A stretch of 61,864 bases of DNA, counting the filler, from Platydemus manokwari (taxonomy: Eukaryota): the NCBI GenBank assembly GCA_037951405.1. It is 5 parts of 5 records of this genome, joined end to end, with 100 filler letters (N's around TTAATTAATTAA, not from the genome) between each part and the next. Parts side by side here need not be neighbours in the genome. Positions count along the whole stretch, not along the records: positions 33,933 to 43,556 come from JBBMOY011224654.1; positions 43,657 to 61,864 come from JBBMOY010533329.1; 3 more parts are not named here. One strand, written 5' to 3'. Numbering within the stretch: the first letter of the stretch is position 1; the number at the start of each line of letters is the position of its first letter. A model generated the notes under the pieces. The model worked only from the letters and a program-made list of their open reading frames with translations. It was not told where the DNA came from and did no database searches. The position numbers were made by a program, and so were the translations under genes. Shown piece by piece: positions 39,194 through 53,030 of this stretch.

Positions 39194-40569
39194 AATCTAT
39201 GTATATTATTTTCTATGTATTTTCACTTTGAAATGACAGACTATTAAAAAATGAAATATTTTTAATAGAGATTCAATTAATACTGTATTATTTATATTTA
39301 TTATTGGTACTTTATTGATAATGGGCACAATAAATCATTCAAGAGATTGATCAATATATTATTCCATATAAAGGCAGATTATATTTCAAATTTATTGTTC
39401 AAAAAAATTTCAGAAATTTGCAAGAGTAGAATGATTAAAATGAAAATTATCTTCTCCTTTGAAAGTTTTTATTTATTGTATACATGGTAGTTAAACCTGT
39501 TATGCGATTTTCAATAACATCTTCCAATCTTGAGTCAAAAATAAAGTTACAGGACTATAGGCAAACAAACAAGACTAGTCTATGAAAACAGTTGAATCTT
39601 GCTAACAACTACCAGTCTTTCATGATCGGCAACTTTATATCTGGCCTAATTCTTTTTGCGCGAACATGCTAATAACCAATCTCTTAAGGTCGTTTCATTT
39701 CGCTATTTTATATTTTGGGTGCCAATTATATTGTTAATTGACTTGTTCTTTACCGTTATTTAAACTGCGAATATTATAAATCTGATTTTGGAGTGTAACT
39801 TTGTGATTAGAATTACATTTTTAATACACAGCATTAGTGGATATCTTACTGTATCAATTTTCATGTAATAACGATAATCCATCAGGTTAAGGAATCACGT
39901 TTGCATTACAAAGTGGCAGGACACTTTTGTGATAAAAAAAAAGTGTGGAGCTCAAAAATGAGTTTTTCTATTAATTAGAACCACACCATTATGAAAATAA
40001 CTCACCATTTTCTTTTCTTTTAAGATAGTTTTCTTCAGTGGAAGCAACTTAATTTCTTGAAATTCACCTGAGATGACAAGATAAAAGTTTCTTAGGTCTG
40101 AAGGAATGATAATCACAATTTAATTTTTTCTTTACTCGGATACTTTGATAAGAACAATATAAATATACGTTTTAATAATTCGTAAAACGAATATAAAATT
40201 ACCTGTAGTTAGTCTTCGTAAAATGTGCCTTGTGTCATCTGTAATATTGAGTCATCTTAATTCATACGTGTGGCTTTTTCTTCGAAGGCCTTGAAATGAA
40301 AAAAAGAATTTGTTATAGTAAACCAATTTCTTTATTTTAATTTCCATTATTTTAAATTTTTCGCCTAAAATATATTATCATTTTTATTTTAAATTTGTTG
40401 AATTTTTTTAATTCATATTTCTTTTAAAAAAATTTAAATTAATTGTTATTGTATTTCTCGTGTTTGTGATTTGGCTTGCTTTTAATTTTTTTGAATACAA
40501 CACAAAAAAACCAAAATTTTCACTGAAATCATGGAAATATCCCTCAAAAAGATGATCCCACAAATTTGA

Positions 40570-41030
40570 TAAGTGTATATGCCAATAGCCAATCAGATTC
40601 CTTCTATGTATCAATCCACATGTAGAATCGACTGGCGCATACCAATAAATGTCAACAAACACCAAGATTCACCAACTAACCAGAGACGTTGGAGAAATTT
40701 GTAAATAGATTGACGAGTGAACGACTCAATCGAATGAACAGTGGAGCATTGAGACATCAATTGAACACACACAATGAACTTATAAAAAGAGTTGGATTTC
40801 ACGAGCAACTTCCAGTCTTTTTGGTAGGTCAATTTCATTATCTGCGAGTTTTATGGAATTCTTTTAACAGCCAGTCTTCGTGGTTGTCTTCTGCTTTGAA
40901 TTCAACTTTCTAGTCCTTATCTTATCTTGTTGTTTTATCTATTGTTGGTTTATTGTGATTTAAAAATTTTGTTGACTAGTTGAATTTGTGATTCATTGTG
41001 ATAACAATTATAATTTTCAGCATTCAGTGA
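40570..41030 (+). mobile_element. Solo-LTR-like dispersed repeat, copy 4
   Basis: agccaatcagat...agaatcgactggcgcata...tataaaaagagttggatttcacgagcaacttccagtctttttgg. Confidence 0.65.
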
Positions 41031-42524
41031 AAATTAACATGATGACAATTTAAATAACCGATTATAATTGTTTATATACATAATGATAATCATTTTACTA
41101 TATTTAATTATGTCTTACACATCAGCTCTACACAAATCAACACAGTGAAGGATGGAAGTTTTGTGTGGCATTAGGTAATCTTCTATAAATCTTAATTAAA
41201 AGTCTTCTTCACTGTCAGAGGGTCGGACTTGTCTTTTTGCACTATTCTTTTTCTTGAAAATTTAGACTTACTTTTCAGTCTTATTCTCTTTTTTAATTGG
41301 TACAAATATTGCATGATCTTTCCATCGGGTATCTATGGTGAGATAGCCTTGTTATATGATTTTTACACGCAGACTCTTCTAGTGCTTCATTAATTTCTTA
41401 GAGAATTCATAATCTCCATAGATTTAAATGAGACGCTACCAAGTGAATCTTCATCATTTCTTTTAAATATATCATTTCAGTATATGAAAAGCAAAGATGA
41501 GATAAGTTAGTAGTGACTATTTTGCTTGAAATTGAAGTTTCTACAAAAGAAGTAATTACCCTAAAATTCCATAGATAAGAGCGGTTCATAGATAAGAGCG
41601 CTTTGTCTAGAAAATGAAAATTAACGTTTGTATACGGCTTTTTTTCTTGACGTTGTGTGTAAAATTTTCACTCATGATTATCACATGATTATCCTGTATT
41701 ACCTGGCGAAAGTTTCCGAACCATTCCATCTGATGTTATTCGTAGATATAAATAAAAATATTTTAATTATTAATAATTTTAATAATTTAATAAAATTTTA
41801 ACATATTCTTTTATTTTAAAATTATTATTTTAATTTCTTCATTTAAATCTTCCTCACAATCACTACTAACATAAAGTTGATATTTATTTCATTACTGACA
41901 TAGATTTAGTTTTGGAGTCCATATTTATACATCGAATTTTGGATTGTTTAATTTCATGGGATTGCATATCTTGTCTTAACGAGGTCCATTTCTAGACATC
42001 TATTTATTATGAAGAAAACTTTTAAAATAATATTGAAATACTAATTTCTGTTATTATAATCTTTTTTCTGCAATAATAATCAACCGAAACGATAAAAATG
42101 AAATGAAATTATTTGTATTTTATTGGATTAAATGCCACTTTTATCACTATACATTGTTCTAACAGCCTAATAAAAGATCCGATAATTGTGCCACAATTGA
42201 TATTGAAATGTGTTTCTTGTAATTTATTGAAAATCCCCACTGGCATTTTAATTTGGAACAGGTGCGTCAGTACATTAGATTCGGTGTTATTTTTCTTTCA
42301 AATTTTTAAAATAATAAATTAAAAAAAATTGTTATCAGTCGAATTATTTATTCTACAAAAAACCAATCATCTTAGTAGATTTAGAACAAAGTCAAAGTTG
42401 TGTGACAATCGGTGTATATATCTCAATCTTAACGTAATTTATTTATTTGATAAAATATTCGGCATAACACAGAGTTTTTGAATCGATATCAATTTATTTC
42501 TCGACAAACAAACTTCGAATAAAA

Positions 42525-42933
42525 ATGATGTTGAGTTTAGGATGGATTGATTATATTGTGTGGACTCTGCTTTTGGCTTCTAGTCTTGCTATTGGGGCTT
42601 ATTTTGGATTTTTTGAGTCGAACAAACGCAAAAGCAAAACGGCCGGTGGAGAGACTACAGAATTTTTACTTGGAGGCCGAAAAATGAGTGCCATTCCTGT
42701 AGCGTGCTCATTAATGGCGAGTTTCTTTTCTGCAATCACATTGTTGGGTTGATTATAAAATATATTCGAGATTTTGAGTTAAATCGATTTGAAATTTAGG
42801 TACACCGAATGAAATCTATCAAAATGGCGTGATGTATTGGTTCATTGGTTTTGCATATACATTCACGATTATCATTTGTTCGACTCTCTTCATTCCGGTT
42901 TTCTACAACCTGTCGATCACGTCATCGTATGAA
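42525..42933 (+). CDS. SLC5 sodium:solute symporter (SMCT/SMVT/NIS subfamily), exons 1-2, truncated by contig end
   Basis: Exons 42525-42747 and 42800-42933: DY...SLAIGAYF...EFLLGGRKM..PVACSLMASFFSAITLLG|TPNEIY..G...FIPVFYNL.ITSSYE. Confidence 0.92.
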
Positions 42934-43556
42934 GTAATTTTATAGCTTTGTTTTCATTCATTTAGAGAAAGAAAAATCACAAATGGGTAAAGAAAGATAT
43001 TGAAATTATCGTCAAAATTTTGAGTATGCGCTTATAGAAACATCCATATTATCGTTCAAAAGCAGAGAAACTACATTTTAAGTGATTTAATAAGGTACTA
43101 GAAAATGCCATGATCGGATTAACGATATAATTAGAGGAGAAATATTATAAGTATTTGATTAACTAAAGGGATATTGAACTTTGCTTCGGACATTCTTTTG
43201 AATCATCCAACAAAATGTGAGGCCCAAACATATTTTCAAAGATTTTGTAATTATATTCATTGGAATTTGAAAAACATTTTTTGAGGGAACATATTGAGGA
43301 CACTTAATTTGGCACAATCAATACTTTATTCGGTTAATTTTATTTCTATTAGTTGCTATTATTTCCTTATATAATAAACTAGTCAAGAAGTTCAACTACC
43401 AAAGTATATTTAAGTTAATTATTTATAAAAAAAAATTTAAGAAATTCAAATCATTTATTTAACTCAATATGACTAAAACTTTCAGTCACAGATAATCACA
43501 CAGCACCTAAGGAGTTAGAACATGTGCATTAAAGTACCCAAAAACCCATTTCAGAA

Positions 43557-43656
43557 NNNNNNNNNNNNNNNNNNNNNNNNNNNNNNNNNNNNNNNNNNNN
43601 TTAATTAATTAANNNNNNNNNNNNNNNNNNNNNNNNNNNNNNNNNNNNNNNNNNNN
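43557..43656. other. Artificial contig spacer
   Basis: N44-TTAATTAATTAA-N44. Confidence 0.97.
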
Positions 43657-43719
43657 GAGTGTTGCTTTTAACGTACAATAAAAACTAAATGGATCATACA
43701 GATAACAAATTTGACATAC

Positions 43720-43912
43720 CTTTTTGCAACCTAGATCTAACACAGCTGCCTAAGATAATGTTAAACAATAATTGTTGTCTCATAAGGTTGAGGATTTGTG
43801 GCACATGTGTTGGGTGTGTGAAAGGAATGCGGGAGACCATTACTCCCTGGTGATCCTGAGATGCTCCATTAAGACAATCCAAAAAGTAAACATGCTGCTG
43901 GTCAGGCAGGTT
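43720..43912 (-). CDS. MED1: Internal exon of Mediator subunit 1
   Basis: tttccag|NLPDQQHVYF...GVMVSRIPFTHPTHVPQILNLMRQQLLFNIILGSCVR...|gtatgt matches the conserved MED1 segment (LPxQQHxYF; FxHPxxVPxIL..RxQ..xN.LxxSCV). Confidence 0.8.
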
Positions 43913-44375
43913 CTGGAAATATAAATTTATTCTTTAAATGTAAGTCATAAAGGTTTTTGTAAATCATTTTGTTATCAAATATTTAAACTCTTCACTTAAA
44001 ATTAAAATTTCAAATGCTGCCAACTATTTATGAGAAGCATTTCGTATAAAATTAATTTGTTTTTACTCCAACGAAGTATAGATTTATTTTAAATCTTTAA
44101 TAAGGAGGCGATTTGTTTGTTTGATTGGATATGTTGTTTTTATTTTTCAGATTTTACTAAAATTTTCAATTATATCAAATTTTGTAAATGGTTTTGAATT
44201 ATTTATTCTTCACTTTTATCACCACTGCTATTAACAATAAAATATCGATTGAAGGAGAAATTATTGTGTCAATTTGAACTTATTATTTGGTCAATTTACC
44301 TTTGTTTTTTCATTTGTTTTCGTTTTTCTGTAATTGACTACATGTCACAAATGACGGTACAAGTATTTTATTTAG

Positions 44376-44624
44376 GTAGCAATATTTGAACCAGGTAGTC
44401 GCCATCCGTATGCAGTTGCTGCAGGAAAGAATATTGCTAACCCTATCAGTTTATTTCTCTCAGCAGTTGATATGTTAAAGCATTTGAGTTTGTATGGTGA
44501 TGCCAAGAAACTTGAGTTGGCAGTGTTAGATGTATTGAAGGAGGGTAAAATGCGCACAGAAGATATGGGAGGCAAAAACACTACCTCTGATATGGTATCA
44601 TCAATCATATCAAAATTGAAATGA
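44376..44624 (+). CDS. IDH3B: Last exon of NAD-dependent isocitrate dehydrogenase regulatory subunit (beta-like)
   Basis: ttag|VAIFEPGSRHPYAVAAGKNIANP...MLKHL...GKMRTEDMGG...SKLK*; RHP fits beta. Not present in the ORF track. Confidence 0.85.
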   Translation, partial: VAIFEPGSRHPYAVAAGKNIANPISLFLSAVDMLKHLSLYGDAKKLELAVLDVLKEGKMRTEDMGGKNTTSDMVSSIISKLK

Positions 44625-46562
44625 TTTTGTTAATTATTTATTGTATCAGTTTGGTAGAATTTATTCATGTAGTACTTCAGTATATTTATTGAATATTATT
44701 ATCGCAGTCTATCTAATGTCTCATTGATTTTTTGTGATTTTAGGATTTTTATTTTATTTACATCGAAATAAATCGATATTTATGAGTTTTTCTAATCTAT
44801 TTTAATGAGTGAAATTCATATGTAGAGAGATAATCATATCAAACATCTATTTCATCTACTATTTTATAATGAAAACTTAGAAACGAATTGAAAAATCAAA
44901 ATGGAAGTTAATTTAACCACATTATTTAAACAAATACATGCGATATTCGATTGTATATCTCATTAGATTAATAGGCTTTCACTATTTTTTGGTAAACATT
45001 ATATTTATCTTAGCTTTATTGTACCATTTGCAGAAATATTGTTTACAAATGAATTGAGTGTATAGCATAATTTGATTAGAATCTTTACTTTTGTTATATT
45101 AACATATTGTAAATATAATAAGGGGTATTTTTTATTTAAATATTTTTTGATGTCTTTAAAAAACACTTAAATCATTCAAATATTGTGTCTTCAGTGCATA
45201 TCAATTGTTCTGTCTTTGTATATTTTTTGCAGATACAAAAGAAATCATTTTTAACGAAAATATGCATCAAATATAATTTTATACAGAAAGAATGGAATTT
45301 ACCATTATCATTAAACAAAGATATAATGTAAATTGTTTATTTACGTTATATTCGTTAATAAATTGCGAATTATTAAACTGAGTTTCGGAGAAAGATTCGA
45401 GAAATCATTGAATTGATTTTCTTATAGAGTGGAGATGTGTGAAAGAAGCATAAATTGGCGTTTGATAGAATTAATTAATCAATTTGTCAAACAAAATAAA
45501 CATAAATAGTCAGATTAAATAAGTATAATAATCAATGAAGAAAAAACATTTAATACCATCAATAATTTTATATCTGTAATTTTATTGATTCTGAAATCAT
45601 TAATTTGTTGAGTAGAAACGAAATCTTGCAAAACAAAAACGGATATGCACCTTGGAATCCATGTTTTAATATTTTAAGCATCAACCAATCGCAGCTGATT
45701 TATATGGGAAACGATAATTTGAAAATGGATCATAGACATACAACAACACATAGGAATTGGCTAATCCCACTTATACAATAACCAACAAGTCCAATAGAAA
45801 CATAAGAAATTAAAGATCAAATCAAAATGTGATATAAACGTGCTACAAAAATTGCACGCAGATCTGGAGTAAATACCAAAGCAAAGATGGTCAACTGCCA
45901 GTTGGAACCCAAGTTTTGTTTCCGTTTTTAAGATATTGTATTGAGTTTTAGAGTCATACTGAATAGTACGAGTAATAGAAATAAATATTTTCAGCAATTA
46001 TTTAGTTATCCAGAATTTAGTACCAACAAGTTATTGTGATGATTTTGTATACATTTTCAGACACTTATTATTTCACGTATCCATTCAAGATATGGTGAAT
46101 GATTTGATTATTATAATCATGTATAAACGTGTCATTTTAGGAATATCGAAAAATGAGTTAAAATCAGTCCCCAACAAAGACATTTCGAGAAGTCATCTTT
46201 TCATCAAAAGTTCTTTTATCGATTTAAATAAATCGATATTAATTTTGGTTTTACAGTCGATATTTAATAATAATTTGAATACAACTTGTTGAGTTTTGCT
46301 TTTTATCTTTTATCAGTCAGTTAATTTTATCTAAATATTTAAATATAAATTAATCGATGAAGAATAAATTTTCTAGCTACAAAATTAATCGATAATTATA
46401 TGAAATATTTAAAATAGATACAATTAATGGATTATATAAATAAAACAGAAATCGATTATTATTGTTATTATTAATAATAATATAAAATATTGAAATGAAA
46501 ATTCAATTAACGATTTATTTATTCAATATTTTTTTAAATCAATAAATAATTCCAAACAGTCA

Positions 46563-47358
46563 TTAATTCAATGTCATTTCACATTGGACTTTTATTTCAT
46601 CGCTTTTGAAAATGTTTCTTTTATATATGTCAAGATAATGGAAAAGGAAAACGTATTTCTCTTTCTTGTTAAATTTCCAATAGGTTTTATTGAGTTTGAT
46701 GAAATTATTTCTGTTGTGTGCATCAGAAATTGTCACATACAATGTTCCATGGAGTCGAGTATAACTGTATACTTCATCCATAGTTACGGTCAGTTTCAAC
46801 CATTGAAGTTGCGATTGCAAATAGAACCTTATTGGAAATTTCAATTTTGAATTGTACAATTTCTCACTCTTGTATTCCTTTCTACTCTTTGATATTTTCG
46901 TCATTCTGTAAAATCTGTATTCAAATACCGCTGTATTTTTTGCGATTGATGGAATTGGTGTGGTTTTCTAAGAGTTTCTGAATTAAAAACAACAAATTCA
47001 CTCCAATTAATTACCTTTTTATTGATTGTTGTTATTGAGGATTTAGTAGCGAGATTTTTCAATTTTGTTTCAACGAATGTTTTCAATTTTTTCATTTCCG
47101 AATTTTGATCGTCGTTTTTCTTTTGTATTTTTTTTATCGTTTGTTTCAGCTTGATTATTTCGAGTTTTTCTTGAAGATAATTTTTTCGCAATTTCGATAT
47201 TTCATTCTTGTTTCTGTTGATATTTTTATTCATCATATCGAGCTTTATGGTCATCTTTAATATTTTCCTCAAATATTGTATTCTTTTGTCATCACATTTA
47301 TCCGAAGATGTTGATGGTACTTTGTCTTTGTTAATTTTCGTTGCATTTGGCTTTTGAT
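46563..47358 (-). CDS. Coiled-coil + MATH/TRAF-like domain protein; 5' end unresolved
   Basis: A 47-nt intron (47014-46968) joins the coiled-coil exon in frame to FEYRFYRMTKI..YKSEKLY..VTISD..FKSDEIKVQCEM, a MATH-like pattern. Confidence 0.6.
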
Positions 47359-48689
47359 CTAATTTGATTGTGGAATCAAAAATTATATATCGAATTTCAC
47401 GTAAATGGATATTCAAATAAAGATGATTGGTAGGTAGTTATTCAGAAGTTGTTCAATCTCCACTATTAATCATTCTCTATTTGTACTTTTAATTAACTTC
47501 GTCGTAGTACAAGTTATTATGACATAGCTTCATCTTTTAAAATACTATAGTCGATGAAAGCCGCTACTATTTTAATAAAAAGAGCTTACTAACGAATTGA
47601 AAGGTCGAAACAAAGCTAGTTATCCGCATTATTTAAACAAATACAATTAATAATTTATATTTTTTAATATGAATTCGGATTACAGACCGTTTTGATTTAA
47701 ATTCATTTTAAAATTTTGGTAGTTCATATTATTAGTTCATGAAACTAATTGATCTATTTATGCTTCAGATTATTCCGGTTTTATGAATCGATAAAGTTGT
47801 CCAATATAATTGAAATAATTATTATAAACAAGATATATTCCACAATTTATAGGCAGAAAGATTCTTATGTGATAAATGATAGATTAACGAAATTAAATTT
47901 TATGCCAAAAATTTATCGTTTATTAAAACTATGCAATAATTGATTTATCTGAACTGGATATCTCCAATGTTTTTGAATAATTCTTAAATTAAACTTGTGT
48001 GCTTGTAAATTTTGAGATTTTAAATTGAATTAAACATTGATAGTGCCTTAAGCCATTAGCATTTACAGAAACCTAACAAAAATATTATCAATGATTTGTT
48101 GATTCTGAGATTTTTGATATTTGATGATGAAATAACTTTCATGTGATCGCTGGAACCTCAAAATTGGTTTATATAAACAAGTTAATGCGATTACATCATC
48201 AAAACATTAAATGATGTAAGTCTTCAATTTATAGTAACTCATTAGGTAGGAACAATGTAAAGAGACACTTGAAATGATAATTAGGAACAGTTAATTCTAC
48301 TTCGTATTTTAATTATCATCACCTTCTATTATCATCATTACAATCAAATATTTTTTGTATTTTATATCAACCTAGAAAAGTATAAGCATTGACTATCTAT
48401 TATCATTCACATTTGTAAACAGGAAGTACCAAAGTTGATTATTAAATGTTTATTTATTCTGATTCTTTACGAAACAGGAAGAGGCCCAAAATTCGATCCA
48501 TGATCGACTTTAATTACTTATTATTCACAATTCTTAATAAATGACTGACATTTTTAAAAATAATTTTCGATTTTTGTCGATCGTTTGAAAGAATAGAGAA
48601 AAATTATAATTTCTGTCTTTGAAATCGCACATTTTGTAAACTAATGAAATTAAAAAAAAACTAATTCAATATTAGCGTATTTAGTGGGT

Positions 48690-49956
48690 TTTATTTGTAC
48701 TTGTGTTGAGGTGGACTCTTCACTTATCAATATAAATGGAAAGAATAGTTTTGTATTAAGAATATGCATAACTTACTTATAATTGTGAACGATACCGAAT
48801 ACGAATGAATTCTTTCGAGTTTTTTAATGTAGTTTGATGAATTACAATTAAATGTCCAATTTGAACCTATTGGTGCATTCGATTTGATAAAGAGTGTCTG
48901 AGAGTACGGTTTGATTTGATAATATAGTGAGGCATTCTGTGGTCCGTCAACGAAATACCATTTAATTCCAGGTTCTGGGTAACCATTAGCTGCAATGCAT
49001 ATCACGCCGCTTCCATTACCCAGCTGATGGGCAATTGAAGGTTTTAATGACACTTTAGAAGGTTCATCTAAATAAGAAAGATAATTTTAAGTTGAATATA
49101 TGTATATGAATATTACGAAAAACATTGAGTTTGATTGACTTTGTTACAGTTCCTCCTTGACAAGTAATATTTTTTCCATGATCTTGAAGCTTCACTTGAA
49201 ATGTCATTGTAATTTTATTTCTATTTGTAGCAGCCAAGGACATGTTGGACAAAGATGATGCATCGATGAATTTGGGGACCACTTCTGGAATTGCATCAGA
49301 TGCTCTACAAATCGCAATGCCAGTCGTATTCGGATATAATTCAATCTCCGTATCTTTATTTGAATTTAAAGAAATTTCTAATGTCGGGGACATCATCAAA
49401 CTAATATTTGAACGATAAAGGCTCTTTGCCAATTTTAAATTATTCAGTATCTTGATCTTATCCATATTCGAAGTAGCATCGATGTAGAATATTTCAAGAA
49501 TTTGTTGGTGCGCAAACTTTGTGAAAAAGATGGTTAAATTTATTCGCATGTTGTCTAAGTCTGTCTCCCAGACCGGAATACGCATGAATTCACCAATAAA
49601 ATCTTGATCAAACTTTTCTTTTGAACCGAAATCAAAAATAGTAAATTCACGCTCAGTATTATCTTCGTTCGAAATTTGTATGGCCAAAGTATCCATTAAT
49701 GAATTTATTAATGGTGTCTTTTTATCCTTAGGTGCTATTACAATCTTAAATGGATTTTCCAAGTGAAAGGGAAATTTCGGTATGCTTTGCACAATTAGTG
49801 CTGAACTGTCTCTTATTTCTGCCAGACTTTCTGTTGTTAGAAGCACACCTATGTAGATACAGAAATAAATCAAGAAATTAAAAATATTATATGGTTTATA
49901 TTTGTTTTAATTAATATGTAAAACTAACCCAATAGACACAACCACGAGAACATCAT
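48690..49956 (-). CDS. Ig-superfamily secreted or cell-surface protein; 3' end unresolved
   Basis: Exons 49956-49929 (signal peptide MMFSWLCLLG), 49848-49117, 49067-48777. Ig motifs ICRAS...DHGKNITCQ and CIAANGYPEPGIKW...FNCNSSN. Confidence 0.75.
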
Positions 49957-51279
49957 TAATCGAGTAACTAACAAGCGTATGATGTCAAATTTTATATCAA
50001 AATTATTTAAGATTTTATTTTGAACCAAACAAACAAACGAATAGACTTGTAATTATATTGTGTCCAACCTAAAATGTTTATCATCACAAGTTATCAATCA
50101 AAAATACGTAGAATATTTTTTCATTATCATTATTAAGATAAATCTTCGATTGAAAAATGATCTTCAGTACACTGATAAAGGCTTAATCTGAAATATCGGT
50201 TAATCACGAATAAATAATTTGGGTTTATTTATATGAATAATAACAATAAAGATAAATTAAAAATAGATACAACCAACAGTAGTTAATTAGAAAAGTGAAT
50301 TAGTTAAATGACAGAGCTAATCCATATTGGTTAAATAAAATAAAAAATTATAATTAATTAACTATAGTTAATTTTAAATAAGTAATTAATATAATTAAAT
50401 TATAAATCACTTTAGGAGGTAAATATTTATAAGCAGAAATCTTGGTAAATAATAATGAAATTTTGGCAGTTATAATATCTGCGAGAATCTTTAAATGATT
50501 CATTTTTTTCGTTTAATTCGATGTCAGAACTTTTCAGTTCGTTTACATGCGTGCTTTATAAAATAGTAGCGGGTTACAATATCTATGTAAACTTACAGAA
50601 TGGTGACACTAGAATTAAATTATATATTAAAAAGCACAATAGAAACCAACAAGTAATAATTGTGTTTTTAATTAGAGTTACGATAAATTCAGTTTTCAGT
50701 GAGTTTTATTTAATTTACAGTAAGCACCAATTGCTTAACAAGTTATCAAGCTATTGTGTGTTGTGGTAACTATTACAAGTAGATTCCAAGCCGCTAATTT
50801 ACTAATTTAGAATTACTTATTATAGCGATTAATTTGTGTTATTTATTGTAGTGATTAATTGCCTAATTAATTGGGAATTATGTGGGTTGGGGTATTTGTG
50901 GGCTGGTGTATACCCAGCACTAGTTAAACCTGAGAAAATCTATAGAAAAGGAGAAAAATTATTTAGGTGACTATTGGGCTATCAGAGAAGTGTGAAAGAG
51001 TTAATTATTGCAGAAATAAAAGATTAATTCATTAAAAAAATTTGGAACATAGTTTGATGTAGGAAATTCTAAAAGTGCGAAAGATTAAGAAAATTTTAAA
51101 ATTTATTTCAAAATTGTTTTTAAGTGGGAAATTTTAATTGAGTGAAAGATGAACGATTATTTGTATTGTATTTTAAGGAACGATGTAAATTAAAATTTGT
51201 GTCCATGTCGTTGGGTATTTATAGGTCAATGACAAATGTTTGTTTTTTCGCGTTGTTTCTGATAATTAAATAATTAAAG

Positions 51280-53030
51280 GAAAATGCATCACTTCAAATA
51301 AATATATGGGAATTCAAAGTAAGATCATCAACAATAGATGGGTCGCAATGATCATAAAGATTTTTGTGTTAAAAAACCAACACCACATGATGAGACTTTG
51401 AGGCCTGGAGCTAATTTTCTTGTGATGAGATTGGACACTGGAAATGTGATTAACGACTTTGAGATATATTCCTGAAATAATTTCCCGCAAAGAAAGACGT
51501 TAGGTCAGACAAAGTTATTTGATCATGAAATATAAATATTATAGTCTAATTATAGTTAATTGCATACATTATGAGGAAAGTATTTTAAAAATAGAAGAAA
51601 ATTAAAATTTTTCGATGACTTATTTTAAAATGAGAAATAAACTCGTTTCAACCTCCTGTGCATATTTCGTGGATGGAATTGAGACAATAAGATATTTAAA
51701 TGCAAAAATGTGATTAAAAATAGAAGATAGAGGCAAAACTAAAAATGTTATTGGATTCAAGTAAATCAATAAAAGTAATGAGTAAAGATAACTTAGTACG
51801 CACTGGAAAGACTGGTGTCAAGATATCTGAAGAAAAGTTAGATAGCTTTTTCCAAACAAGGTAAAAATTCCAATAATCTGAAATGAAAAATTCTTTTTAT
51901 GGACATTGACATGATAAAAGAAATTTCCTTAACATTTAATAATGGAATTGAAAGATGAAGAAATGGAGAGAAGTATGACGAAGAATATTTTTAGCAGAAA
52001 TGAAATCGATTGGTGCTACAATGTGAAAAGGAGGCACAATGATCAATATAGAGTTGAAATAGTTATAAAAGTAATGGAATTTCTCTGATAATGCGTATCC
52101 GAGAAAATGGTTCGACATTTTTAAATTACCGATCTGACATGGTACTAACGAATTTGATCAAGCACGAGTGCCGAAATGAAAGGAAAATCAATTGCACAAA
52201 ATTGCAAATCGTAGCCAATAAATTTAGTGAATAAATTCTTAGATCTGATAGAGAATCTTTTAGAAAATCGGGCCAAACAAGTTGAAAATAACAATAAACA
52301 TTTTAAGAATATTTTGTGTTTGAATTATTATTTGTATAAAACAGAAGGGTTATACTAATCGAACAAAAGAAATTATTATTCCAACAGAAGAATTAGAACC
52401 TTTCCAATAAATTATTAGTGACGCTGTAATTTTTTTAAGTTTGAAACTATTGCCAAATATCTATACTTATAGCGAACTAAATGCTATAAATTTAATGCCA
52501 TTTAATGAACAAGTTGAGACTACTATATTCAATTCAACTATAACTGGTTGGATTTATAAATACAATGTCTTAAAATTGGTACTCTCCTAATGTGACAAAA
52601 AAGTAGAAAAATGAAAGAACTGGTTACAAGTTTTAGAATAAAAAAGAACTTATTTTACCTTTTCCACGCCGAGCTAATGGTTTAGTCAGAAGAATGATAA
52701 TAACTCTTCGTGACATACTGGTGACAACGCTTACATAGTGAAACAGATTTGGAATAAACTCAATCTCGGAAAATAATTGATTATCAATTCCAAAAATTAC
52801 AGTTGGTTTCGGTCATCACACTTTGGAAGACGAATTTATGTGCAAGGATTGTGGTTAAATGAATCACGTCATCATGACCAGATCATCAAAGAAACTGCAA
52901 ATAATCTCAAATCAGTAGCCATAAACTTAAGAAAAATCGATGCATTGAGGAGAGGTCTTAGGAACCATCAAATACTAAATTACTCAAGCCTATTATTAGT
53001 ATCGTGGTCCTTTAAAATCATATAAGTTAA
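51280..53030 (+). mobile_element. Highly decayed Ty3/Gypsy pol (integrase region recognisable)
   Basis: PRRANGLVRRM..TLRD (cf. HPQxNGLVERxNxTLK) near 52670 and RGPFKI near 53003 (GPF/Y motif). Confidence 0.6.

Noticed and set aside
46901-46904. ATGA stop/start overlap suggesting bacterial-style translational coupling
   Set aside because: A 47-nt GT-AG intron (47014-46968) joins the two ORFs into one reading frame.
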